A DNA stretch of 64,000 bases, taken from the human T2T-CHM13v2.0 reference genome, Homo sapiens. The DNA is taken from assembly GCF_009914755.1 (NCBI RefSeq), contig NC_060948.1. The stretch is one strand, 5' to 3'. The position numbers were made by a program, and so were the translations under genes. Positions 1 to 20,292 of this stretch are shown piece by piece. The notes below the pieces were generated by a model that was not told the DNA's origin, ran no database searches, and saw only the letters and a program-made list of their open reading frames with translations. Positions within the stretch are counted from its first letter, which is position 1. Every line of letters starts with the position of its first letter.

Positions 1-1075
1 TGAACATATTATCAAATAAAAACAAAATAGGTAACTTCTTGATTCTTCCCTCCCACTTTTTTAAACTGCTACTTCTATTTTTCCCATTGATATATTTTAA
101 CAAATGACCAACATCTTCTTGGGAAATATTATGTTCTCTCTCTGATAATTTGCATTATATTCTTACACATTTCATGCCTTTTTATTATATTAACAGAATT
201 TTTATTCAGAAAAGCTGTCTAAATTCCTTTCCAATATTTACTGGATTTAAAAGTACTGTTGCCTTTTATCTTCCTTTTTAGCCATTTTTGTTGAATATTG
301 ATTGCTTCCCACCCATAATGACTAATTGACCTTCACAATATATCATTAATTTCTCTGACAGTTTGTCTAGAAAGAACCTAATATGAGCTATTTCATACCC
401 CCCAACAAAATAGAATTTACATCTTCTATAACCATGCAAAGTCTGGATTTCCATTCTATTTATATTGAAACTTTACTTGATTAATAACTTCATAGCATCA
501 CGCCAAGAAACAGTATTTTAAATGCAAAATGACCAACATCTAACAATAAGTGGAACTTAAAGGGCTCACTGTTTTGTATTCCTTTCCAAATCAGAAATAT
601 CTGCTAGATAGTTTTCTTAGTGTCATCATGGTTGGACTTGGCTTAGACCTTGTGCCATTTTGTTTTAGTCAATGTCAGCAGCAGACATTGACTGTAGAGC
701 ACCAAAAGAAAACTTATGAGAAATATATCCCTTTCTTCTTACTACTTGAAGACAGGAGTATCATCTTGGTGTTAAGAGGTAGTTAAGGCATCATAGAAGT
801 TTTATTGTCTATTTCCTTGAAACATTGTTTGCTGAAGAAATAATATGTCAAGTTATTTGACATATTGACTAAATTATGTCAAATGCTTTAATTGACTGCA
901 TATGTCAAGTGGTGGTTCAATATTTCCTAAACCAGATATATATGTTTTATTGTGATTAGTGATCCATACTTACCTTTTTACATTTTCCATGAATAGTGAA
1001 TTATACAGAATCTTGTTTTCTTCTGTTTGGATTTGATACAGAACTATACTGGATTCACTGACAAGAAGAGTTTGA

Positions 1076-1428
<353 letters not shown>

Positions 1429-2423
1429 GTAAGTGACGACACAAATGTCTCTCATTCTGTTTCCAACAAGTAAATAGAATACAAATAGTTCCCTAACAAG
1501 ATTAAGGATGGGATAATCATTGTTCCTCTAACTGAAATACATCCCTGTTTAGTTTTATTTAGTTTTCACAATTCTGAAAATTTTCCTATTCAATTTTTAT
1601 CAGTCATAAGATAATGATAGCTTTTAAAAAAAAAAATGAAAATGGAATTTAGTTAGTGGTTTTTTTCTGCTCCTTTTAATATTATTCTCATTCAGCCTAA
1701 TGGGCATTCTAAATAGCAATGAGGGATATGAATATAACCTTAAATTAAGGAATGAGGGTAGAGTGAGACAGAAGAAAGTATGGCTCAAAAATAATCTCAT
1801 AAGTTTTATTTGTCAACTCATGTGATTTAACATGTTAGTGGTAGATTTTCTACTCATCCTTAAATTTGGAGCTGTGACTTGGAATATCAAAATGTAGCTA
1901 AACAATTCATTTCCATATGACTTGTCTGTTACTATACTGATTTTCACGAGTACTGTAAATTTTGTAAGAACTAATTTCATTCAGATCTGCATTTAGACTT
2001 CCAAGATAGTAAAATATATAAAAAATATACATTTTATAGAATTAGGAGTCACTGGGGATAAGTGTTACCTTTCTTTAAAAGGTAAGTGCAGAAGTTTATA
2101 AACACATGCAAAAATGTGCAATCTCACGATTTAATCTTCTATGCAAATAAAAATTAGTAATAGCGAGGGCAGTTGGTGGCACTAGCAGGGCAATAAATAC
2201 TCCTGCAAAGCCAAAGAATTAATACCAGTTATAATGCATGAAGTGATTTTGGGCCATACTCTGGAGATAATTTAAGTTTAATTGACTGAATCTCCTGAAA
2301 GAAAAGGACTTAGGCAGAAACAACAAAAAATGAACAATACATTAGCCAGAAAACTCAACAAATAAATAAAACACCTGAAAATATTAGAACCAATAAATCT
2401 CCGTGTAGTAGAAACACATCTAG

Positions 2424-2786
<363 letters not shown>

Positions 2787-2787
2787 T

Positions 2788-3010
2788 AGGCTGAGGATGG
2801 TGGCTCACACCTCTAATCCCAGCACTTTTAAAGGCCAAGGCATACAGATCACCTGAAGATGGCAGTTCGAGGCAAGCTTAGAGGACATGGTGAAACCACC
2901 CCTACTACAAATACAAAAGTAGCTGGGTGTGGTGGCACACGCCTGTAATCCCAGCTACTTAGGAGGTTGAGGCAGTAGAATCACTTGAACCTGGAAGGTA
3001 GAGGTTGCAA
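2788..3010 (+). mobile_element. Alu, 3'-truncated
   Basis: ggctgaggatggtggctcacacctctaatcccagcac... ends at gaggttgca with no remaining right arm or tail. Confidence 0.85.
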
Positions 3011-3048
3011 TTCTGTGATGATGAGAAATGTTGAGATATTTATGTATA

Positions 3049-3079
<31 letters not shown>

Positions 3080-3110
3080 CACAGCCACACACACACACAT
3101 ACACACACAC
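3049..3110. repeat. (GT)12-TATA-(CA)n compound microsatellite
   Basis: Directly visible. Confidence 0.95.
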
Positions 3111-6097
3111 CTGTTAGCTGTGTATATACATTCTTTGGGAAACAGAAGATACTTATTTTTAATTGGGTTATTATTTTCTTGTTCTTTTGAATCTGTTTTT
3201 AGTTCCTTGTACATTTTGATTAACCCCTTGTCTGATATACAGTTGGCAAATATTTGCTCTCATTACATTAGTCTGGTGATTTATTTTATTTTATTTTTAT
3301 TTTTTGCTGTAAGGAATTTTTCTAGTATGATGTAACCTTATTTTTCTGTTTGTGCATTTTTTTTGCTTGTGTTTTTGAAGTCTTATCCAAAAATATTCTT
3401 GCCCAGACCAAGGTCATTAAATATATTTTGTGATTTATTCTACTAGTTTGACAGATTGCTGTTGTCATTACATCTTTAATTTTAAATGTTTTTAAGTATG
3501 TATTCTTATAGGTGAGGTCTCACAATATTACCTAGTGTAGAGTGCAGTGGCATAAGTGTTTCACGCTATAGCTTTGAACAGCTAGGCTCAGGTGATCCTC
3601 CCTTCTGGGACCCCTGAGTAGCTAAAATTATAGGGGCACATCACTGTACCGGGCTTTTTAATCCATTTGAGTTAATTTTTGTATTCAGTGAGAGATAGGG
3701 TTGTAATTAGGTCCTTCTGCATGTAGCTCTCTTGTTTTCCCAGCACCACTTATTGAAGAGACTGACATTTCCTCATTTGGTTTTCTTGCCACCTCTGCAG
3801 AATATCAGTTGGCTATACAGGTGTAGATTTATTTTTGCTCACTGTGTTCTGTTGTATTGGTTTATAGCATTGTGGCATGCCCAGTTCTGTGGATTCAATC
3901 CCTAACCCCATTGACATCTTCAGGATGGCTTTGGCTATTCATGGTTTTATTTTTGTGGTTTCATATTTATTTAGGATTTTTTTCAATTTCTGTGAAAAAT
4001 GCCATTGGTGTTTTGATAGAGACTGCACTCAACTTGTGCACTTCTTTGGATCATATAAACATTTTAACCATATTACTTTTTCCAATCAATGAACATAAAT
4101 ATCTTTCCACTCATTTATGTCATTTTAACATTTTATTAGTGTTTCATAGATTTCAGAATGCAGATTTTTTAAATCTCCTTGGTTAAATTTATTCCCTTTT
4201 ATCCCCCATACCTATTGTGAATGAGATTGTGTTCTTAATCTTTGTTGTTGTTGTTGTTTTTTTTGGTATTTTGCTGTTAGTGTATGGAAATGCTATCCAA
4301 TTTTATATGTTGATTTTGTAAACTGAAACTTTACTGACCTTCTGTATTAGTTCTAACTACTTTTTAGTTGTGTGTTTAAGGATTTCCATAGTTTGTCATT
4401 AGCATGTATGGACAATTTTATTTCTTCCTCTCTAATTTGGGTAGCTTTTCTTACTTTCTCTTGTCTAATTTTTCCGGCTAAGGACTTTTATTATTACATT
4501 AATAGAAGTAGTGAAAATGAACATCTTGGTCTTCCTTCAGATCTTCACAGAAAAGCTTTCAACTTTTAATTCCCTTTGAGTGTGATATTAGCTAAGGGCT
4601 TGTATATGTGGTGTTATCTGGTTATTCGGGTCTGTGTCTTTTGTTGTGTTGAGTTACGGTTGTTCCACGCATAATTTGTTAAGAGATTTTATTGTGAAAC
4701 TGTTGAATTTTGTCAAAACTTTTTTCACTTATTGAAATGACTGCATAGATTTTGTTCTTTATTTTGTTGATATAATGTATGACATTTAATGATTCTAGTG
4801 TATTAAACCATTCCTGCATCCCTATAATCTCACTTGATCACGGTGAATGATTTTCTAAATGGGCATTATAAGTCATTTTCCCAGTATTTTATTGAGGATT
4901 TTTACATTATGTTTATCAGATATTTTGGCCCATAGTTCTCTCTTTTTTCTTGTATCCTTGTCTGGTTTTGTAATCAGAATAATGCCATCCCAATGGAATG
5001 AGTTGGAACAGTTCCCATATCTTCCTTTTTGTGTTATGTTTTGACTAGGTTAAAAAAAATTGGCAGCAGTTTATTTTTTGTGGTAGGTAGAATGCAAGAG
5101 TGAATACATCAGGTCCTGGGCTTTTCTTTAATAGGTGATCTTTTATTGCTGATTTGATTTCTTACCATTAATTTGTTTCTGGGTATCAGTTATGGTATCT
5201 CTTTTATGGCTCTGATTTCCTTTATCAGGGGCTTTGTTTTCTTTTGTTGTTTTTTGTTTTTGTTTTTTGTTTTTACTTTTGAGTTTAGATTTATGTTTTT
5301 CTAATTCCTTCATTGAAACATCAAGTTGTATATCTGATATCTTCTCATAGTTGAAGGCATTTATTGTCATAACTTCCCTCTTAAAACTGCTTTGGTTGAA
5401 TCTCATAGGTTTTGGTGTGTTGTGTTTCTATTTTTGTCTCAAGAAATATGGTGTTTTCTCTTTAATGTCCTCACTGACTCATTGGTTATTCAGGAGCATG
5501 TTGTTTAATTTTGATGTACTTATGAATTAGTGATTTCAGAAGAGATACTTTATGTGAGTTTGATCTTTCCAAATTCATTAAGATGTGATTTTTTACCTAA
5601 TGTATGACATATCCTGAAAGATATCTCATGTATGCAGTGGAGAAGAATGTTTATTCTATAGCTCTTGGATGGATAGTTCAGTAACTGTTTTTAGCATTTT
5701 CACTACATGGCATTTTCATCCAATGTTTACTTGTTAAATTCTGTCTGCATTATCTATTCATTGCTGAAAGTAAGGTGCTGAATTTTTCTAATATTATCTT
5801 GCATTTTTTTCTTCCTTTGGATCTATTAACATTTGTATTATATATATGCATATATTATTTGTATGGATGTATTCCCGTTATAATATGTTATTTTTTTTCT
5901 GCTGCTTAATTCTGTATCCTCTCTTTGTTTCTGATGTTTGGTGGTTTGATTATATTAAGTCACAGGGATATGTTTATTGAAATTGAATGTGATTGTAAGC
6001 CTTCAAGATTCCTATAGCAGAATATTTATATTTTATTTAAGTTTGAAAAGGCTTCTGTTATTATTTATCCAAATAAGCTTTCTACTCTTTTCTTACA

Positions 6098-6410
6098 CTT
6101 TTTTTTTTTGAGATGGAGGTTTGCTCTTGTCTCGCAGGTTGGAGTGCAATGGTGTGATTGTGGCTCACTGCAGCATCCACTTCCTGGTTTCCAGTGATTC
6201 TCCTGAGTTCCAGTGATTCTCCTGACTCAGGTTTCTGAGTAGCTGGGATCGCAGATGTCCACCAATACACCCGGCTAATTTTTGTATTATAATAGATAAA
6301 CCATTTCACCATATTGTCCGGGCTACTCTCAAGCTCCTGACAACATATGATCCACCCGCCTTGGCCCCGCAAAGTGCTGAAGATACAGGCATGGGCCATC
6401 ACACCCGGCT
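6098..6410 (-). mobile_element. Alu with an internal 19-bp tandem duplication
   Basis: Poly-T followed by antisense Alu; ttccagtgattctcctga occurs twice at 6189-6225. Confidence 0.9.
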
Positions 6411-8575
6411 CTACCACACTCTTGAATGCCAGTGTCTGACACATTGGCTCTTTGGATGTTATCCCATTAATCTCATGAATCTTATTTATGTTTTCTCCTC
6501 TAACTGTATATTTTGAATTGACCTCCCTTTGAGTTTTGCTGCTTGACCACTTCTATTGTCACTGCTGTCAATTGCATTTTTTATTTTGTTGTGTTTTATT
6601 CTTCAAGATTTCTGTTTGTTTTTTCCTCCCGTATTTTAATCTCTTCTGTAAGCTTCTCTGATAAATTTCAGAATTCTTTGTGTTTTGCTGAAGTCCACTG
6701 CATTGTCTTCAAACAAGTATTTTGAATTCCTTGTCAGGCCTTGTGTCCATGCCCATCTCTTTTGGGTCAGTCACCACCAGCACTTTATTTTGACCACTTG
6801 ATGCCGTCATGTTTCTCTCATTGATCCTAATGCTTGTGACTATGCATCAATGTCTGTGCAGTGATGTAGGTGCCTAATGCAGTGTTTGTAGTTTGCCTTT
6901 GTTTGGAAGCTTTCTTCCACAGTAAGGCTGTCCGGAGATTCAGGGCAAGGAGGAGGAAATTAAGGTATTTTAGCCTATGATAGCTTCAGCCCTGGTAGCA
7001 CGAGGGGAAACATTAATGAGCAGACTTTCATGGCTGGAGTAATTTGACTGACAAAGTCGACTCAGTGCCAGGTTGCACCTGTATCACACAGTTGAGCACT
7101 GGATGCACTCAAGGCCTGTAACTTCCATGGTCTGCCCTCTGATCTTTATTCAGTGTCTGAGGTTACTGTAGTCAATCAGTGGGAATATTGACTGGAACTC
7201 AGCTCCATTCTGCGGAGATCATAGTTTCTAATCTGTTGCCGGGGTTGGTCTACATGATTACCCCTGGGTATCAACCTCCCAAAGTGCTGGGGCAAGGGGA
7301 CAGGCAAATAAATGTCCCAAGGCAAAATGTACTATGCCTACCTCCTTCGCCCAAGTGAGCATCCCACCTCCACCTCCTGAATAGTTGAGACTACAGGAAT
7401 GTGCCACCATGCCTGGATAACATTTTTGGTGTTTTCTTGTTGTTATTGTTGGGCTCAAGTGATCTACTCACCTCAGCCTGCTAAAGTGCTAGGGTTACAG
7501 GTATGAGTCACTACACCCAGCTAAAATTTACTTTCTAAAATTTAACTTTTAGATCATTTCTTTTTATTCAGTCTTATTTCTCATAAATGCAGTTAAGAAT
7601 GTTATTGCTTTAGAGTTTCTCTTTGGGTATCCCTGAAGGAATAAATGGACTCTCGATATTCATTTTCTAAATGGTGTTAGAAAATGAATAGTTACTTTAG
7701 ATGAGTAAAGACTATTTGGCCTCTTTTTGTTTTCTGGCTTCATTTCATTGTGTATGAAGACTGTATTATTTTAACCCTTCTGTATATGTGAAATGAATTT
7801 TTACTCTTTCAACTGAATGTAGTAGAAGATTGTTTAAACTGATTATACAGCTACTACATAATTTTGTTTTTCTTCCTTGTGCATATTAGTCTAATTATTG
7901 GGATAACAATGTCAAAATTAAATTAATTTTCGTATTAAAAACTTCTGATAAAATTACCTAAGTACACACAAACAAAAACATGCCCACACAAATCACTTAA
8001 TTTCTAAAACTTTTAATTTTTCTGCTTCTCTAGTACCTTGTATTCCATCACACAGCAAAATCTGGCAGCTCCACTTCCAGAATTTACTTGAACTCCACAG
8101 CTTATTTCCGATTTCCTGTTATCACCAGAGTCTAAAACACAGTTTATATTGCATTCACCTCCTATTTTACACCGTAATTTCCTACTTTACACTCTAACTT
8201 TATATAAAAAAGAAACTACCTTTTCAAGATCTAATTCACGCAATTTTATTTGTTCTTAATTGAGACTTCTTTCTAGGTGCTGTCACACCTTGTAACGTCA
8301 GATACAAATGTCTCTATCCAATTTCATGAGTTCCAGTTATTTTATTTTAAGGGAATGTGTATATACATTTATAAATTTGTGTATGTGTGTATTCACTTAT
8401 TCTTTATTTTATATGTTTTGCATGCATATATTCACTAAATCCCTGATAATGGAAAGATAACAAATCTTTTTTTTTCTTTCTTTTTTGTATGTAAATTATT
8501 TTCCGAAGGAGGTGGGTTGGGAGAAATATATCTTAACTTGGCAAGTTTAAAAGAGAAAGTGGCCATTACTAATGA

Positions 8576-8950
<375 letters not shown>

Positions 8951-9016
8951 TCATGCTAGTATATGCTGCCATCAATTCTCCTGCTTGTCAGCAGTGAAAC
9001 TGCAGCTGTCAAATGA

Positions 9017-9157
<141 letters not shown>

Positions 9158-9160
9158 TAG

Positions 9161-9277
<117 letters not shown>

Positions 9278-9729
9278 TGATATTGTGTAAGCATCTGGAG
9301 AAAATTCAGTTAAAAGAATAAAAGTAAGCAGCTGAGGAATTACTATCACTCATGGAGAAGGGTAGGATATTTTCAATAAGTGAGTATGCAATATCCATAT
9401 ATACTTTCACAGAACAAAGAGTAAAGAGGCTGAGTGTGACTTTATAAAGATACTCATAAAAAATATAAACAACAAAACCTTGGAAGTAGTTTCTAATAAA
9501 ATTGATTTTTCTAATGTGACTATGCATTAATAATTTTTGTTTTCTTAAATATAATTGTACAGCTTATTAAACAAAACAAAATGAAAAATCCATCTGGCTA
9601 CAAAAACTAAGCAGAAAAAATAACCATAATACATTTTTCACCTAGTACATTTTGGAACCTATACCTTTAATTTAATAAGTGCTTGTAATATAGCATATAC
9701 ACTATCAGTGAACATTTGCTTTTCACCCT

Positions 9730-11020
<1,291 letters not shown>

Positions 11021-11459
11021 AAAGAATGAATTGCAGTTAAAACAAACTTGACTTAATATATGTAGACAGTAATATATGCTAATGTTTCCTTCTATTTTGA
11101 ATATTTGGCTTCTGTTATTTCTTGAGGAAACAAACACCATGGGAAGGGATGAAGAACACTAGATCTTAACATTGTATAATTTACATTATTTTGTTGGTGG
11201 TGGTTTTTCTCCATTTTTTTCTACCAAGGCAATGGTGACAACTTTCTTATTCACACTTTCTTTTGTGTTTCTTTTTCCTGAGAAATCACCACCAAAAATA
11301 AAACTTGTGTAGATTTGTGTATATTTTTTACTGCTCCTTGTTATGACCCTCTTCGCCTTTGCTTTGGATTTCCCAGCTTCTTAAAACACTGATTTGCTTA
11401 TTATTTGTTGTCTCCTTGTACCATTACTTCTTTGCTCTACCTGCAGGATCATTTCTTTT

Positions 11460-11740
11460 TATTTTAGTTTAGTTTAATTTTTTTGAGAGAGAGTCTCTGG
11501 CACAATCTTGACTCAGTGCAACCTTGGCCTCTTGGATTCAGGTGATTGATTCTCCTGCCTCAGCCTCCTGAGTATCTGATATTACAGGTATGCACTACCA
11601 CGCTTGGCTAGTTTTAGAACTTATAATTGTGATGGGGTTTCACCGTGTTGCCAAGGCTGGTCTCAAACTGACCTCAAATGATCCCCCACCTCAGCCTCCC
11701 AAAGTGCTGCAATTACAGGTGTAAGATGCCACACCCCATT
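11460..11740 (-). mobile_element. Alu
   Basis: Antisense Alu consensus. Confidence 0.85.
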
Positions 11741-12418
11741 TGATCATTTTCTTTACTAGATCTACATGCTGCTTGTCTTAGTTCTAGATATGCCACTGTC
11801 AACTCATTTATTTATTTTCTATGATAGGAAGACTCATGGAAAGAGTTGCCTGTGACAAGGTTTAATTTTATTTTTCTTAACTCTCCTTTCTTCAGGCATT
11901 TACCCTGTTTTTGGAATCATATCTTATACTTGTCACTAAATCCCATATATCACTTGTCTATTGCGTATTACTCAAACAGTCGTGTGTATCTGTAAAACTG
12001 ATTCACACCCTCATTCTTGAAATACTATTTTGCTTTGGATTACATGACTCAACTTTCGTCTGATTTCTCTATTTAATTGTCAGTGTGTTTTGTTTCATTT
12101 TATCTCGTAGATGTCTGTTTGTTAGACCACTAATATAACTACACAGAATACCTCTTTCTCCTTCCCTTTCTCCTTTCCCTTTTCCCTTCCCTTTTTCTTT
12201 TCTTTCCTTTCTTTTTTTTAAGAAAGTGTTCTGTAACGCAGTCTGCAGTGCAGTAGTGAGACCTTGACTGACTACAGCCTCAAATTGCTGGGCTTAAGCA
12301 ATTTTCCTGCATTGGTCTCCTCAGTAGCTGAGACTACAGATGCACACTACCACACCTGGCTTTTTGTTGATGTTGTTTTGAGACAAAAGCCTCTTAAGTT
12401 TTAAACCTGTAGTACTAA

Positions 12419-12464
12419 GGAATTCAACCAGTGATATGATCGGAATTCAACCAGTGATATGATC
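12419..12464. repeat. Perfect 23-bp tandem duplication
   Basis: ggaattcaaccagtgatatgatc x2. Confidence 0.95.
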
Positions 12465-13982
12465 TCTGAATTTCTAACATTGTGCTTTCCTTTTTCTGAT
12501 GAGTGACCCAAGATTAAGAGAGCTAAATTTAAAACTTCCCCTGAACTTCTTTACACTTTCTACATGCCTCTCTCTTCCATCATTTTTTGTCCAAAACTAC
12601 ATCACCTGTATAACATAAAAACTGGGGATATTCCACGTCCAATTATTTTCCCTCGTCTCTTTCATATTTTATCTATAACAACTTTTTTATTATCTACCAC
12701 CTACAAATGTTTTTTTTTTCTTGTTGCTGTTTATGCATTAAAGGTGAGGTCATCATTTATTGTTCCCTAAATGATAGTATCAACATCTTAATTTACTTCC
12801 TTCTTCTGTGTTACCTTGTTCAATTCATTTTTCATTGAGGGTCTAGAATTATTCTACTTTTCAATGAATAAAACACATCTCTTGTCTTTTCCTTTCTATT
12901 CTTGATCCTTTCTGCTTTACTATTAACTGTTACTTTATGAAGTGAGGAGCCATTTCAGTGTTATTTACTATTATATCCACCATTTTAAGCTAAAATTCTG
13001 AGATATAATAACCTCTCTCTAAGTGTTTAATATTATAATAAATAATACAACTTTGTAATTTCAGTATTGTTTTTGAATACTTAGTCTACATAGTATTTAT
13101 GAAACAATATTTTAGTTGATTTGCAGATAAGCTTATGTTATTTTTTCACTCACTCCTTCCATTTGTATCCATCCTAGCTGTAAGACATTTAGAGGTGTGA
13201 ACTTGACATATTCTTCTCTATACTTGAGAGCCTGTTGAAGTTATATGAATAAAGAAATGTACATTGACCATTTAATTCATATAAATAAATATAAATGTTT
13301 AATAGTTAAAATTTACTTAAACGTTTTTATTACTTAAATGTATTATTACAGTTATTATTTACATTTTTTATTATTCAAAACTCAATACAGGAAACAAACA
13401 TGGAAAAATCTCAAGTAATTTATTATTTATCATTCCTTTTATTGTAGAGGTCACAAGCTTTCTCCTTACTGGTTAGGGCCATATTTCCAGAACAGTCGTA
13501 ACATTTCACTTCTCATTTCCTAGTGAAATCTGAGGAGTGTCTTTTGAACTCTATGGTGATATGCCTACAACTACCTAGTGTAACTCTGTCTTCTTAGGAG
13601 GGTATGACTCTACAAGATGAGTATGATAATGTCCTAAAATACCATCCTTACATTTAATTATATAAAACACCACTAATGTAATAATAATACATGAGCTGCA
13701 CATTACGTAGTCTATTTAGAGAGTTAATTTTTACGCTCAAATACTTTAGTTAGAGACTGTGAGATTAAACTGACCCAAGATGGAACTTAATTTTTTGTAA
13801 CAACTACCATGCTATGGTGAAATGAAAACTGAACTCTTAATAATTTGGAAAACAATAAAGTCATATCACTTATAAGTTGCTAACAAAAACATGTATTTCT
13901 TAACTATTACTTATTACATGAAAGACAGAATGGCTTTCATGATAATGATGGAAGCAGTGTCAAATAAAATCTTACAAAACAG

Positions 13983-14270
13983 TCTGGACACGATGGCTCA
14001 TGACTGTAATCCCAGCACTTTGGGAGGCTGAGGCAGGTGGATGACTTGAGGTCAAGAGTTTGAGACAAGCCTGGCCATCATGGTGAAACGCCCTCTCTAC
14101 TAAAAATAAGAACATTAGCTAGGCATGGGGGTGCATGCCTGTAATCCCAGCTACTCAGGAAGCTGAGACAAGAGAATCCCTTGAACCTGGAAGGCAGAGG
14201 CTGCAGGGAGCCAAGATCGCACCACTGCACTCTGGCCTGGGTGAGAGAGTGAGACTCCATCTCAAAAAAT
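13983..14270 (+). mobile_element. Alu (AluS-like)
   Basis: Full dimer consensus. Confidence 0.9.
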
Positions 14271-14439
14271 ACCTCTCCGAACATTAAAAAGCAAGGTAGA
14301 TTTAATCAACTTTCTATTTTACGCTGTAATTAAAGTTAATTGGGTTAAAAGTGAAGAGATATAAGGAAGAGACAACAACCTCAGACTTGATTTTTGGAGC
14401 TCTGGAATCTAATAACGTCACTCAAGGGTGCGTTTAATG

Positions 14440-18430
<3,991 letters not shown>

Positions 18431-19843
18431 CACACAAGGAAGCAGAAAAAGTGTAAATTAGAGGAGAGTACTTTTGTAAAAAATATGGCAAAGTAAAGGA
18501 AGCTGCCCATCAATTGCCCCCAACCCTAACCCCCCAAGAACACCCACAGAAAAACCAAAACTGAGTATACAGTGCTGAGATTATCACCATCAATAACACA
18601 GAGCTCAAAAGTGAGAATGAGCCTGCTCCTAGGGTGACAGAGAAGTGAAGAAACCAGGCAGAGGGTAAAAAAGTTGGCCTTTTATATTCATGACACTTGT
18701 CCCCTAGTCTGCTGACAACCAAGTGTGAACAAAACAAACAAACAAAAAAACTCCTCTGACTCTTGGTTACTACACTTACTAAAATAAAGTTTAAAGTGGA
18801 TGGCCAGCTTCCCCATCATTTTGGATTCCCTGGCAGGAGAATTATTCCTGTCTTTACCCAAGGAAGTCTTGTGAGTGCCTGAAAAGAGAAAAAAAAACCT
18901 GAGGAAAACCAGGGATGAAGTAGAAAGAAGGACTACCATCTCCAGCCTGGATAGCTCAGTCACAGGAGATGCCAAACCTGAGTGCCTGCACAGCATTACC
19001 ATAAGGTAGGAGGTATATTGCATAATTTCCTTGATCACAAACCTATAGAGAGCCTTCCCACACAGGATATCCCCTTCAAAATGTCTCAGATAGGAGACTG
19101 GCAGTGTTTCAAAGTTTGTTTGTTAGAGCTGAAATAAACCTGGGCTTAAGGCACCATCTACTGCCAAAACAGAGGCACTGACCTAGCCAAAATCAAGCAA
19201 ACAATACCCCACAATACTTATGTCTTAAAGAAAACTCAAAGCAATTATATACAACAAAATGTAAAATAAGACAGAGAAAACAATAAACTAAATAACTAGT
19301 CCTTCAATAAAAAGATACAGATGTATAACCACGAGCAATAATACCAAACAGGAAATTATAACCTCCCTTAATGGACAAAGCATAAACCATTGACCAATGC
19401 TAATTAATGAGATGGCTATCAGTGATTATTGGATCAAAAATTCAAAATATCAGCTTTCAGGAAATTCAGATCTCTAAAACAACACAGAAAAGGAACTGAT
19501 AACGCTTCTGAAAGAAACTTTAAAAAATGTACTGAAATTATTTAACAATAAAAAAAGTCCTGGAACTGAGAAATATACTGGTTAAAGTGGAAAATTAAGA
19601 AGGCTTTCAATAGAAGAATATATCAAACAGAATAAACAATCAGTGAGCTCTAAAATGAGTTATCAGGAACAGGTGTGCAGGCTCAGGCCTGTAATCACAG
19701 CACTTTGGGAGGCTGCGATGGGTTGATCACTTGAGTTTGGCAGTTTAAGACCAGTCTGGGCATCATGGTGAAACCCTGTCTCTACTAAGAATACAAAAAA
19801 TTACCTGGGCATAGTGGTGCACACCTGTAATCCCAGCTATTCA

Positions 19844-20002
<159 letters not shown>

Positions 20003-20292
20003 TTAACATAGGTTATTCAGAAATGCACAAAGAACAAAACAGAAAAACAATCAAAAAGAATAAAGAACATTTACCAGATATACAAAATTACCTTAAATAA
20101 GCAAATCTAAGATTTAGCAATATTCATGAAAGAGTTCCGCAAAAGGAAGGTATATACAGCATATTCAAATGAATAATAACAACTTTCAAAAATTTGAGAG
20201 AGAGATAAATATACAGGTTCAGAAAAATCGGCAACTACAAAAAAGATTAATACCCCATAAAACTACCCCACAACAAACAAGAATCAAACTCT

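Larger units (their letters stand above)
3011..7260 (-). mobile_element. Old L1M-type LINE-1, fragmented, interrupted by an Alu monomer (~3500-3655) and an Alu (6098-6410)
   Basis: T-rich antisense L1 ORF2 motifs (cccagcaccacttattgaagagact, gccattggtgttttgatagagactgc, ttgaggatttttacat). Confidence 0.75.

Noticed and set aside
12419-12464. Possible CRISPR-like direct repeat
   Set aside because: Only two abutting copies, no spacers, no cas genes, eukaryotic context
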